The notes below the pieces were generated by a model that was not told the origin of the DNA, made no database searches, and saw only the letters and a list, made by a program, of their open reading frames with translations. Of a stretch of DNA of 64,000 bases, positions 31,926-44,501 are shown one piece after another. The stretch comes from Leptogorgia sarmentosa (Eukaryota): contig OZ210884.1 in assembly GCA_964658305.1 (NCBI GenBank), forward strand, positions 6,138,001-6,202,000, in the 5' to 3' direction. Within the stretch, counting starts at the first letter, position 1, and each line of letters begins with the position of its first letter. A program made the position numbers and the translations under genes.

Positions 31926-32486
31926 TATTTAACAATTATACCATGAGCTCGAGTCGTATATGAGCTGATAGCCGACGAGGCGCAGCCGAGTTGGCTATCA
32001 GCCATATACGACGAGAGCGAATGGTATAATTGTTTTATTATACATAGACAAAAGGCGAACATTATAAAATTTATTAAAATCAATCATTTGGGGGAAACGC
32101 TCAGCCATTTTCAGCCATTTTGTTTCAAGCTCACTTGAGTGAAATAATTAATTCGTCCTACTCATTATATATTTAACAATTATACCATGAGCTCGAGTCG
32201 TATATTAACTATTGCAAATGCTGCAATTTGATTGGCTACTCTACTCGCTATCTATTCCTCGATAGATAGAGCGAGTAGCAAAACATGTGAATTTTCGTTC
32301 AAGAAAATGTCTTCTAAGACGCGGTTTTAAATTATTTTTTGCAATATTTTCATGTTTGATCTCTGATTCTACTAAAACAATTAGATTACTCGCTCTCGAT
32401 TTCTACGAGATGATAGTTGATTCGGGCTTCGCCCTCATCAACTATCACCTCATAGAAATCTCGAGCTCGTAATCTAATTGTTAAAT
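31926..32486. repeat. Hairpin-structured interspersed repeat copies (tatttaacaatta.. family) in opposite orientations
   Basis: 31926-32040 folds as a long hairpin (aacaattataccat..ctgatagccgac / gttggctatcag..atggtataattgtt). There is a partial repeat at ~32169-32206 and a related hairpin in reverse at ~32372-32486; a fragment of the latter recurs at ~4374-4432. Confidence 0.6.
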
Positions 32487-32566
32487 AGCCAGTGAGTACC
32501 TCAGCCAATCAGATTACAGAATATCTCATATATAGTGCTTGTCTATATATGGAGCTCACCACTGAG

Positions 32567-32626
32567 TAGACTTGCTCCAAGTCTGTCTCTTAAAACCACA
32601 TAAGAGACAGACTTGGAGCAAGTCTA
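32567..32626. mobile_element. 60-bp palindromic mini-insertion with 9-bp target-site duplication
   Basis: Perfect 26-bp arms tagacttgctccaagtctgtctctta / taagagacagacttggagcaagtcta around an 8-nt loop; accactgag on both sides (32558-32566 and 32627-32635). Confidence 0.8.
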
Positions 32627-32728
32627 ACCACTGAGCTAAAGAATTTATTTCAGTGGAGCTCACTGGTTCCTTCCATTTTTAACGTGCTAGTACTTTAAAT
32701 ACATAAATTTTAACCGTATTCATCAGCT

Positions 32729-32802
<74 letters not shown>
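32729..32802 (+). tRNA. tRNA-Asn (GTT)
   Basis: GTCTCCG/CGGGGAC acceptor stem, A-box TGGCGCAATCGG, anticodon arm TTCGG-CTGTTAA-CCGAA, T-loop GGTTCAAGCCC, and a T-run terminator about 25 bp downstream. Confidence 0.95.
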
Positions 32803-33625
32803 GGATATTCTTCTTGCTACCGTCGTTTATTTTTTTTCACGAAATAACTCCCCAATCCAACTTGAATTCCGCAAAAAAACAGAAAACACCTCAATAGCGC
32901 AATAAAAAACGTTATATTTTAATTTCTTAACTCTTGCTAGTTAGCTCTATAACACGTACGCCCGCAACATCCCAAAAACCGCCTGAGTGCGGGCCTAGTA
33001 AACCGTGAGCCCGAAGCGAGGACATTAATTTATTCCGCACGCTTATATCCACCCGGCCGACCCGGGTAAAGGAAAGCATAGCGGATAGTGAAAGCCGAAG
33101 CATAGAGATTTTATAAAAAGAATTGAGTGGGCATTCAGGCTAAAATTGCGGCACAAAAGCATATGACAAAAGCTTGCTGATGAGGGCCCCGGAATTTAGA
33201 CCCGGACATAATGCCCTCGGTAAATGTAAATAAATGTAAATAAGGTATACTCCTTTTCTTTCTCGGAGTGTTCTTACACACACATTATACGTATACTTTT
33301 TACCATTTTGCAAATGTCGGTATTTCATTGGGAAATAAAAATGCAACAATTCAGTATTTTGTGTGCCGAAATTCTTGCCAGACAGCTGAATACTTCCTCT
33401 TTTCAAATTAAGACATATATGTGGTCAAGACCTTGAGAACGAGGTTAAAAACAATGCAGAAGCTTGTTATTAAACACGGACTTCTCCTATGAAAATATAA
33501 TTTATTTGGTTTCCAAATTTCCGGTGGGCTTTCTACTCAGTAGCTAGCTCCAGCCTATTTACACTCGGTCGGATCAGCTGGTATCATTGAACTATATATA
33601 CAATGATGATCAGCTGGTATCGTGT

Positions 33626-33720
33626 TTGAAGTTCGTGGTTGAAGTCAGTGGTGGAGTGTCGAGGTTGAAGTCCGTGGTGGAGTATCGAGGTTGAAGTCCG
33701 TGGTTGAAGTCCGTGGTTGA
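33626..33720. repeat. Short degenerate tandem repeat (gttgaagtccgtg core)
   Basis: Repeated ggttgaagtccgtggt and tcgaggttgaagtc units. Confidence 0.6.
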
Positions 33721-34440
33721 ATATATGCTTTCTTTCCTTTTATAAGAAAGAATAAGTAACGAAATATAATTCTGTTTACATCAATAAGCCTTACAGTCCA
33801 TGCAGACTGCGAAACTGACAACGGTTTCACGGATCCTGATTGCTGCCGCAGGCCAGCGGCCCAGCGAGCGAGCATTAAGCGAGCGAGCAAGGCAACAGAC
33901 TAAAATCGTACAGCTACTCAAAATCTCAATCTTGCTAGAGCCGCAAAGCATGTTGGTTGAAGTCATTTTACCAACGTGCAACGCGCGCGGCTATATGAAC
34001 GAATTCCACTTGAGCACGTGTTCTCTCAGTAAACATTATTCATATTCAATCGGCATACTGTTTTTCTTGATAGGCATACTGTTTTTGTTAAGTGACAGAT
34101 TTTCAATTTTACTGTATTTTAGATGATAATATTTTAATACGTTCTGTAGTTTAGACTTTAGGCTTCAAATTTTGTATTTTAAACTCATATTGTTGCATTT
34201 TTTCCTCTGTGCATAATTGTGTGTTTCCTTGATGTAGCCTTCATTTTTCTATAAATTTGCTTCTTAAAGGCAGCATTTACTACATTTTAGGTGACCTAGT
34301 CTTAATTTTAATATTTAATAGTTGTTACTCCTGACAGTAATTTGAGAAAACTACACTTTAATTATCACAGACGACCGGTATGAACCCTTTGAAGGGCTAG
34401 CCCGCGTGGCTGGCACATTAATGTTTTGCTGCCCAGGTTT

Positions 34441-34897
34441 GACGCCGGCGCCGCTAATTTTTTTTCCGTAGACAGTCGGTAGCATCCTTGATGGTCGGTA
34501 GCATCATTTAGATGTGACCGGCAGTCACAAAGTCGCAGCCTAATATAAAGCTGTTTGCTTACGGTAAACTTTCGGCAAGCTGGCTGCTAGCGCTTTCGGT
34601 AAGGAGCGCAGCACACAACAAACCGAAGCGCGGTGGGGCTGGAATTTCTTTTCGCCGGAAGACTTGTTTATTTTTGTCAAAAATTTCTAATTGAAGATAT
34701 TTTTTCTCGCTTCATAGTGTTTAGGGTTAGACTGTTATAAGGTTAGGGTCAGGTTTACCGTTTGGGTTTGGATTATTTCGTAAAAATAAATGGAGTTTAA
34801 CTACAGTCGAAAATTTCCCGAATAAAAAAGTCGATGATGCTACCGACCATCAAGGATGCTACCGACTGTCTCCGGAAAAAAAATTTGCGCCGGCGCC
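34441..34897. mobile_element. Non-autonomous element with ~65-bp terminal inverted repeats
   Basis: cgccggcgc..ttttccg.agacagtcggtagcatccttgatggtcggtagcatcat at 34443-34507 is mirrored at 34834-34897; internal ttagggttag motifs. Confidence 0.7.
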
Positions 34898-37519
34898 TTG
34901 AAACTACAGTTACGTGATGTAAGGCGAGACATCAGACACCGTTTAAAATTAATGTGACTTTCGGTATTTTTATTCGATTTTTCATGCTTCTAAAAATATT
35001 GTGGTTTTCACCGGAACTACTGAGGAAAGGATAAAGACACTTTCTTTTTATTATTTTAATCCTTTTTAGGTATTTTGATTAAAAACAACCGTGTCCGTTT
35101 TTGTGAATGCATGGTGATATCGTAACGCTCACATATGTTGCATTCCTTCAGTCTAGGTAGCAACTGTAGAAATATTGAATATATATGATAATGATATATT
35201 ATCAGGTATATGTAGGCACTCAATCAAATTGGATTGTATGTATCGCTTTTTTATTTCTTATCTATTATCCATTATTATCTTTCTGATATATCATCTCTGT
35301 CACTTTTCTAATTCTAGAAATTTTATATTATCATCTCCTCTATCGGGTATTCTCACCCAACGAAGGACTTCAAAATGTCGAATTTATCTGTATCGTTTGG
35401 ATTGTGATAAGAACGTTTACTGCTTGTTGATATAATTTATGTATAGTGTACATCTTTATATGTGCTTTGCAATGGAAGTATAAGTTCCACTCACGCTCTG
35501 CGAAGAAGATTTGATGCTGCTAGCAAAGGCGCTTCGTCTGATATTTTAACCTGCTACTTTGCGCTAGCTCGGACATAGCTATATATATATATATATTTTG
35601 TTTATTGTTTCGGCAAAACATCTGCAAGAACGCCCGTCTTTCGCCGCGTAAACAGAGCCACGTTTTGCAGTTCGAACTCGTAATTAATAGCGAGACTTGT
35701 TAACTGGCTAACAATTTGTATTGACAGCATGTAAATTAACACAAAATGTGTGTAACCGTTTTCCCCAATTTGCAGGTGTTGGAATGACACAACGCAGTTT
35801 AATATCGCTCAGCGTAAAAAATTGTGTTTCTTGTCATATTGAACCGAGGGCAGTGGCGTCTTTTAGCGTAGGAAAAATTTTTATTTTCATTTCATGTGGT
35901 GAGCTCCTGCAGTTTTTCATGACAGCAAAGTGAACTCACGGGAAGTATCATAATTAATTCAAAACAAATTAGCTGTCGTCCCTCCTTGTTTCAACCCCTT
36001 GTGATAGATATCTCACTATAATCCGTCTCCTAAACAAACATCTGACTCGGTTTTTCTCAGTTATATATCATTCATATCGTCCTCTTTGTTATTACATCTA
36101 CTGTGATAAAAAATCCAAATATACTGTTTAATAAACTGGCATACCGTGTCTTGAAATATGAATAGATTTTTCAGGGAGGCGTGGTAGCTACTGTCATCAA
36201 TCGGCGGGGTATTTTGTGTGATGCCTACGCTTCGAACAAAAAAGATTTATAAAAAATACTAAATGATGCAATATGAATCACTTCTATAGCTTTATGCCTT
36301 ATACTGAAGAAAAATTTCTGCTGTAACTTTGAGAATGAAATATACCAGTGTCTGTAAAGATTTCAGATCGATTTTCTCTCACTTATCAGCTCATATTGTC
36401 CAATTAATCTGCTCGTTCTCAGGATAGATAACGATCTTGCACTTAAATAAGCAAACTGTTTACTTGATCGGATCTAAGTGGTTATTGATGTCCATCCCGC
36501 GTACAACCCTAACCCGCTTACAGGCGGCACAACAAGCAGACATTCGTGACTTCTAACTCAGTAGGATGGATATGATCTTTTAATCATTTCAATGGACATT
36601 GCTCAACTTCCGGTTAGGATGACACATGAAAGATTATTTGTATAATTAACAGGGTATGATCATCGCACTTGCCAAATTAATACCTCCAGTAACTTTATAA
36701 GATGTTTCTACGCTCCACTGCTAATAGTTTTGAAAATTATGCTATTTACACTCCGCCTTTTTGCTAAATGACCACCTTGTGTTGTCGTTTTCGACATATC
36801 ACAGTTTCGATCACACATTTGGAGTTTATTATTATTGTATATTCCTAGAGGAAGCTCGTGGAGCTTTCGTAAAAGCCCCTGCGGTTTTATATGTTCGAAA
36901 ATGACTTTGAAATTTCAATTTAGTTCTTTAATAGACAAATTATACGCTCTATAATGACATTAATTTTTCCTTTTTCATTGTGTCTGCTTTCGAGAGTACA
37001 CACGCGTTGTACAACGTTTTAGTTTATTAGAAATTGTGCATTTGTGAAACGTTTATTGTGTGTAATGTCAACATTGAAGCGCCGAAAATAGCCGGCAACA
37101 CAAGAGAGTAACAATTGCGAATGAAGCGCTGAGCGTTGAGGGGGTAAGATTATTGTAATATTCTATTGAATTGAACTTAACACGCATGCGCAATGCAATA
37201 GAAATGTAACGCCCTGCTGTGGTCAGAAAGTGAATACAGATGCTATATTAGCAACCTTGAAACACTGAAATGTCTTTAAAATAAGACTTAGTTCGTACTT
37301 CGACAGCTGCATAGTACAGACCTCTTTCATTAAGTACAGAGCATTTCAGATTTATTCTAGAGTACAGCGATAGAATTTTGGGGGCGTCATTGGATAGAGC
37401 TCTGTGATCTGTAAGATTACTAATCAACTGGCAAGTGTAAGTGTTAAGTGGTTTAAGAGATCAACCTCAGTGGTTTTCTTGGTAACAACAGAGTTCCAAA
37501 CACCGTGAGACCTCACAGA

Positions 37520-38653
37520 ATGTCAACATTACCACCACACGGACACCGAACTTCACCCGTAGAAACCAAGAATGCTGTAAGACCTGGCGGATATTATCAG
37601 TCCTTCCCAACATATCATAATATACCCTATACATCGCCTGGAGAACATCATGGATCAACTACCCACCTTAGAGGACGACATACGACAGATCTTCATGCGA
37701 CAACCACTCATCTTATGCCCATACAAGAACATTCTACAAACGTTGCTGCAGTGTCTCAAAATTACTACCAAAACGGAGCTATACGTAGTCCAAACACGTT
37801 GAACTATCAGAGTCACATAAAACCTTATGCAGACTATAATCCTAATACTGTACCCCCAGGAGCAGCTAGCTGTGATCCTTCTGCAATGCATGCTATATCT
37901 CCTCAAGTATTCCAACAACAATACTATCCTGGTAGCGGTATTCATACCCCAGCTTATCCAAGTCCTATTACTCCTATGTACGATCCACCACCTGTGTACT
38001 ATCCTATTATACCTCAACAACAAACCAATGAAATTATGACTTGCCTCTGGATCGATCAAAACAACAATAATACTACAGAAGATGGAAAAAGAAAACCTTG
38101 TAATAGGCAATTTAGGATGCTACAAGATCTCGTAACTCATCTTTCTGATGAACATGTGAGTACATGTGACAGTAATGTACATACATGTTACTGGCAAGAC
38201 TGTCAGCGGAATGGCCAGCCTTTTAAAGCAAAATATAAACTTGTTAACCATATTCGTGTCCATACAGGCGAGCGGCCATTTCCATGCACAGTGCCCGGCT
38301 GTGGTAAACTTTTCGCAAGATCGGAGAATCTGAAGATACATAAACGCACACATACGGGTGAGAAACCTTTCATGTGTGAGTATCTTGGATGTGGGAGACG
38401 TTTTGCCAACTCCAGTGACCGAAAGAAACATTCTCATGTGCATACTTCAGATAAACCTTATATCTGTAAAGTTGACGGCTGTAATAAGAGTTATACTCAT
38501 CCGAGTTCACTGAGGAAACACATGAAACTACACGATAACTTGGAACAAACCGCATCCATCACTAAAAGTCGTAGTCTTACACAGGAAAAAGAAACCCCAA
38601 CACTCGTATCTCAAGCTGCTACGGGCGCATTTGATAGCAGCTACTCCTACTAG
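37520..38653 (+). CDS. Zic: Zic-family C2H2 zinc-finger transcription factor, second paralog (intronless, ~377 aa)
   Basis: [79 protein letters not shown]. First ATG is at 37520. Confidence 0.95.
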   Translation: MSTLPPHGHRTSPVETKNAVRPGGYYQSFPTYHNIPYTSPGEHHGSTTHLRGRHTTDLHATTTHLMPIQEHSTNVAAVSQNYYQNGAIRSPNTLNYQSHIKPYADYNPNTVPPGAASCDPSAMHAISPQVFQQQYYPGSGIHTPAYPSPITPMYDPPPVYYPIIPQQQTNEIMTCLWIDQNNNNTTEDGKRKPCNRQFRMLQDLVTHLSDEHVSTCDSNVHTCYWQDCQRNGQPFKAKYKLVNHIRVHTGERPFPCTVPGCGKLFARSENLKIHKRTHTGEKPFMCEYLGCGRRFANSSDRKKHSHVHTSDKPYICKVDGCNKSYTHPSSLRKHMKLHDNLEQTASITKSRSLTQEKETPTLVSQAATGAFDSSYSY

Positions 38654-40597
38654 AGAATATTGAATATATGAAACTACGTATACTATATTTAATTCATCCC
38701 ATTGACGTATTAATATGGCACAGAACAATTGGTTACAAGACTACTATACATGCAGGTATAGTTCAAGTTATTGTGCTATGAAAAGACCGACTTTTATTAA
38801 ATTTAAATGAACTTTGGGATTATATTCGTACGACCAAATCCTGTCGTTAGGTACATAAAATACTAATGATTGATGTGCTGAAATATTTCATATATTGTGG
38901 TATATAGCGACCACATTTGAAAAAGGCATACATCGGTGACTGAAAAGAATGTTTTATTCACAGACCAAGTATATAATTTAAACAACGATCCAGTTGTACA
39001 TATTATTATTGACAGACATGCATGATCTCGACTATATATTGAGGAATTTTTTTGATATTCTTTCGCTTGAAATATCAGATCTGCAAGCGTTCCTCTAACA
39101 GTTGATAAATAGAAAAACATCTTAGCTATTTGTATCATACGTTTTCGAAAAATATAAATTCCACTATCAATTTAACATAGAATATATTTGATGGTATTGT
39201 TTTGCTCGAAGTATAAGAATGGACATCTGAATGGTCTGTAGAGCTCAGTAAACTTGAAATATATTTATCCTGATAACGGGCTGTAAATCGCAAATTAGGA
39301 CAATTTGTTTATTTTAACTTTACAAGAAGTTGATTTGGTGTGTAGTGAAGGAATTCTATATATCTATACTATATATACAATACTTAATAGCGGCTGTCGC
39401 CTGCTGCCACAAACGCTATAACTTCTGTTGTTCGCTTCAAATACATATGGTATGTATAAATGGACGGGTTTGATATAGCTAGATATACTTTATTTTATAC
39501 ATGCACAGAATATATAATAGTATAGACTGTCGTAGATTTATTATATACTGAGATCATTTAAGGAAGAAAGTTAGTTCACACAAATGTATTATATTCTTGG
39601 CAAAGCTTGCTGAGGAAAACAAAGCGTTTTGTGTTTTTCATGCTAAGAAATTCAATGGATACTGTATATTATCATCCATGATATCGCTCTTATCTGCCAC
39701 TGCATGTATAGCTATATCCGCGGCAACTTCACCATGCGTCAACGCTTTATTTTAGCTACGTGGGCTGGATTGCCGACGTCGGTTGTACCATCCTGAAACT
39801 TTCTTTATTTTCGTGTGTGTGCAATTCATTTTCCACAATTTGTCGTCATGCATCTCTGCGGAGATTTAAGACATGACACCTGCACCACTCGTTCACCGCT
39901 ACCATAATTGCTTTGCTATTCTCTAAGACAGTGTACTCAGGTGTATATATAGGAATATTCTACTGGGGTCAGTTAATACGTTGTATCAAAGTTTTTTAGG
40001 TTAAGGCGGTGGACTATAGGCGATATTTAAAAACATTCCTATTCATCTTGTCAATAGTTGAACTTAAATTTGTCGTTAATTCTATAATACGCACTTTAGT
40101 TGATAATTTTACACGGAAAAGCTTAGTTTGCCGTTCATAGACTTGCTTGGCTATTATATTTTTTTCTGTACTTATAGAACACTGTTTAAGCTAAACACCC
40201 GGTTCAGTCCATTAGTGCATGGACTAAATGCGTGTACTCTGTAGCTATACTGCTGTAGCACTTGGCAGCAAGACCAAGCAACCTAAACCAAATTTTAGTA
40301 TACCATGCATGAAATTGTTTTTCACTCATCCACGCCGCCGCTTTAAAATGAGTTCCGGTCTTGTTTTATTTTTATTATGGGATTCAAGGTTTTCAACTCT
40401 TCAAGGCTTATAAGTAACTGTACCCAAATGATATGGATATGTAAACATGACTCAGATATAAAATGTAGATTGAATGTGTACGTGTTTGCATCATTCTTAT
40501 CCGGCTATACATTCAGGAGATCATCCCACTAATTTAAACAACCAAAGAAAACGAAATATATTTATGTTATAGAATACTAAAAAAAATATTGTTAGTC

Positions 40598-40783
40598 CAG
40601 TTGAATCCCGCTATCTCAAACTCGGTTATCACGAATCTCGCGTTATCTCGACCTGCATGAAAGCCAGTTCCCTTCAAACTCGATATAGTAGGCTACATTG
40701 ATATCAACCCTCGCTATCTCGAACTCCCTCTATCTCGAACAAATTTTCGTTGGCCTTGAGAGTTCGAGACAGCGGGATTCTTG
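40598..40783. mobile_element. MITE, pogo/Tc1-mariner-like
   Basis: cagttgaatcccgctatctcaaactc / gagttcgagacagcgggattc inverted ends; internal tatctcgaac repeats. Confidence 0.65.
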
Positions 40784-42568
40784 TAATCGAAAGAAGTTCA
40801 GTTTGGCTCAGCGCCGGAATTCGAGTTTAATCATTTGAGTTCGAGTTAACTGTACCTTGTATTTTTTACCTTTCAGTGAAGAACTTTATGATTTGTATGG
40901 CTGTCAGAAAATTGTAAAATTATGCAATGCCTACCAAATCAGACTGAGATGAGCCTTAGATACCATATTTCTTGCTCGTGTTGTTAATCGGTCATTTAAG
41001 GGCGGCTTATAAGTCTAGAAAAATTGCCATGCTGTTTGTTTAGTCATCACTCTGCGATAATAGCTATTTGCTTAATCACTTCTCTATAATCAGACTAAGT
41101 AGTCTAAGTTGATTAGATCTTTTTCCCGGTATCTTGTCATTATCACATATATAGAATAAATGTTTTAGCAAATATAGCTACAGTATAGGCCAACATAGTG
41201 AAATGACAAAATCCATTGCAGTCAGCATTGTAATTAGTCCCTTGCAGGTTCCTAAATGGAGAATTTCAATTTCACTTCCGCACAAATAATGAATTTATTT
41301 CATTCTTCTCTATCGTTTTTGACAGCTTTGAAACATAAAAAGGTCATCTATTACGACTGTTTTGGTTTTTTTACTTGATAAAATGGATGGGAATGATGGA
41401 ATGATAGAAAATAAGGGAAATATGCTCCAACTTGCCTCAAGCAATTTTTCAATTGAATAATATACAGAAATTAAAAGGATTTGAACGCAAAGCAGCCGCC
41501 TGCATATGCCGCTAGCAATCTGTTTGGAGAGCTAAAAGTATTAAGTTCTCAAGAGTTATTAATAGGTTGCATCCGGAATGTATGTGAAATATAATAGTTT
41601 CTATTTTGGTGTTCAAAATTACTCAAAACAAAGTGAATTATAATCAAGTACTATTTATATTACTATTTAAAACAAGAGCGCGAAGGTCTGGAGTGCTATA
41701 TAAATAATATCTATAGGCAACAGTCAAGAGTTTTATAAATTTCATAAAGCACAGAGTTGGGCAGTTTTAAATGGCTTAAAAAAGACCAATACAGTAAAAA
41801 TAGAAAAATAAACGTAGTACAAGACTACAAGCCGAGGACCGAGAAATCAATGCTATAAAAGTTTAAATTATGTAAATTAAGTTAACCTTTATCACTGATA
41901 TACAGTGATTTCTTTTCTTTCCTGATTATTTCTTTTTAGAAAATTAATTGTCCAATGTGATATTATGCACATACACATCATCTATTTACAAAATATATCT
42001 CACGTCTTCGACAGTGCTGGAATTATCGTGAAGTGACGTTAACCATTTTGGCATTTCAAAAATTCTCCCAGGAATTTTTGCCGCATTCCTAACATATTTA
42101 AAGGACATGTAACTTCAATATTCGGCCAGGGTAGGTAGCGCATGATGACACCAACAACCAGCAGAAGTTTCACTTACTACAGGAATGATAATGGGCACTT
42201 GGTAGAGAATTTGAACACAAATTTTAATTCCTAAATATGTTGAGGTATAGATAATTAATGTAAAATCCTTTACAAGATTGAAAAAATTGTTGATGAATAT
42301 GTACACTTGCTTGATATTTTGGACTTGATACCGTCTAAGCTAAACGGACTCAAACAACAGGAATCTGCATGTAATATACATGAAACTCAAATTGATCATT
42401 ATATTGTGTTGCCATGGAAACTACATATAGCTACATTAAAATGTGTATACATTGTGCTACATCTAAATCTCTATGGCTAAATTTCATTTAATTTCGTTAA
42501 ATTGTCTCTGAGATCAGAAAATGCCAAAATGCCAAAATGCGACTTGCATTTTTGTGGTGAGACTTGAT

Positions 42569-42767
42569 GCCCGTTTACACCGGCGATTTTGCTGCGATTT
42601 TAGGAGCGATTTTCTCATTCTTAACGATGTGAAGCAGTAGATTACTCATCAAAGTTGCTATGAGATTTTATAACTTAGAACATTTATAACTGATCAACTC
42701 TTTCACATCATTTAAAAGGAGAAAATCGTATCTAAAATCGCAGCAAAAATCGCTGGTGTAAACGGGC
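42569..42767. mobile_element. MITE, PIF/Harbinger-like
   Basis: gcccgtttacaccggcgattttgctgcgattttag..cgattttctc / gagaaaatcg..ctaaaatcgcagcaaaaatcgctggtgtaaacgggc. Confidence 0.75.
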
Positions 42768-43781
42768 CTTTAGGCAACGTTACGCGCCTGAACGTATAGA
42801 TACCACCTGTGCTCTCCATAAACCATTTTAATAAAGTTTGAATCAACTCTCATAATATTGTTTGAACGGTTGGTGCGTTGAGCTGAAAGGACTGTAGTTC
42901 TCATTTTCCGGAAACGGTAATCTGCGAATGTCTACAGGGGGTAATTTAAACAATGCATAATGACCATCATCAAGGATTATGCAGCAAAATAATGGAACGT
43001 TCCGAACAGGATTACGGGCAAAAATAGCGCAAGATAATATTTCTAGATGTTTCCTGGGTAAGGACATGCCATCTTTATAATTGGTGACAAGTTAGAATTT
43101 GAGAGTTGCGTCTATATTTCCTATATCGCTGGCGGCCAGTGGCGTAGACAAGGGGGGGGGGGGCAAGGGGGGGTCTGCGCTTGTAAAAAGATGAAATTCG
43201 GTTAGAAATAAGGGGGGGGGGGTGACGATGACTACCCATTTGACTACCAATCTCGTTTATTCACCAAATTGTCTATAAAAGTTCTAGTCTTCCCTAAACC
43301 AAACTACAGAAAATGTCTACGGTGGTTAATATTGGTTAAAACTTCGATTTAACTATTTACATGTGACCAAGTAAGCTTTTGGTGTTATACTAGTAAAAGA
43401 AACCTCAGCTGAAATTCTTTTCAATACTGTTTGTAATAAAGTAGAAGAACATAGAATAGAAAATATCACATTTACGCAAAATCTCACCCCAGAAACACGG
43501 AAAATCGTCATTGAGGGACTCTAGATTTCGAATAATATCAGCTGCTGGATTTGCCTTAAGAAGTCAACTCGTACTCGGTTTTTGTCGTTATAACCTATTT
43601 TCATGCAGGTAGCACACAGAGTACATTATAGCGTTCAGCGGCACTGTATTGATTAATGACAGCAATCTGTGATTGGCAATCACGTATATATATATTAACG
43701 GACACGCGTACTCTCTCCGGCGGACTTCTCGATTTAACGGACATTTATCTCGGTTCCCAAACAGCACGCAATTGTACGTCT

Positions 43782-44248
43782 GAATCTGAATCTGAGTTTA
43801 TTAAGTCGGTAAACTCACGTCGAGATCACACCAACCTTTACAAAAATACAACAATATACTAAACTTACACTATAATGTCTAAAATTACTTACTAGATATT
43901 TCTAATCCTACATGCACATACTCGGTATTTACAATATTATAAAAGTTAAAAATGTTCCGCTAATTTACTCTTAAAAACTTCTAGAGAATTTGATAAAACG
44001 ATATGTTCAGGCAATTGGTTCCATTCTTTTATAGTTCTTGGAAAGTAAGAAAATTTAAAACTATCTTTATTTGCTCTCGGGAAGTGGAATTTCAGAGGAT
44101 GACTGCCACGTGTCCTAGTTTCTGTATCTGGTATTAAATAATAAATAGTTATCGGTATTAAAATCAATAGGATTATAACTCATTTGATACATCATTGTAA
44201 GTCTAGCTTCTTTCCGTCTTTGTTCTAACGTTTTCCATCCAAGATCAA
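43782..44248 (-). mobile_element. 5'-truncated LINE (CR1/L2-group) 3' fragment
   Basis: Minus strand encodes DLGWKTLEQRRKEARLTMMYQM, then after a frameshift TRGSHPLKF..FKFSYFPRTIKEWNQLP..FKSKL, a typical ORF2 C-terminus. The tail is AATAAA-ctcag(ATTCAG)n, and tacgtct flanks both ends (43775-43781, 44249-44255). Confidence 0.8.
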
Positions 44249-44501
44249 TACGTCTTCATTTTATTCGTCAATCCAAAGATACCTCTCCATAACGGACACG
44301 GACACGTTTTTACGATACAAACATGAACTACCTCTAAATACAGGACACTGAAAGCATTATTGTCATAAGAATAAACCCTTGTGACCATATTAAATAAACA
44401 ATCTATCTGCACATTATAATATAGCCAAAACGCCTATCAAGCGGGCACCTTTGAGACCTCTAGTACCTCTCGTCTGTGGGCACCTTAATCAATTGTGTTT
44501 T

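Noticed and set aside
28853..32802. Functional link between the HEPN protein and the nearby tRNA-Asn (anticodon-nuclease idea)
   Set aside because: 3.9 kb apart in a eukaryotic genome; adjacency alone is not evidence
37183..37192. NRF1-like motif CGCATGCGCA ~330 bp upstream of the second Zic ATG
   Set aside because: A single short motif is not supportable without conservation or chromatin data
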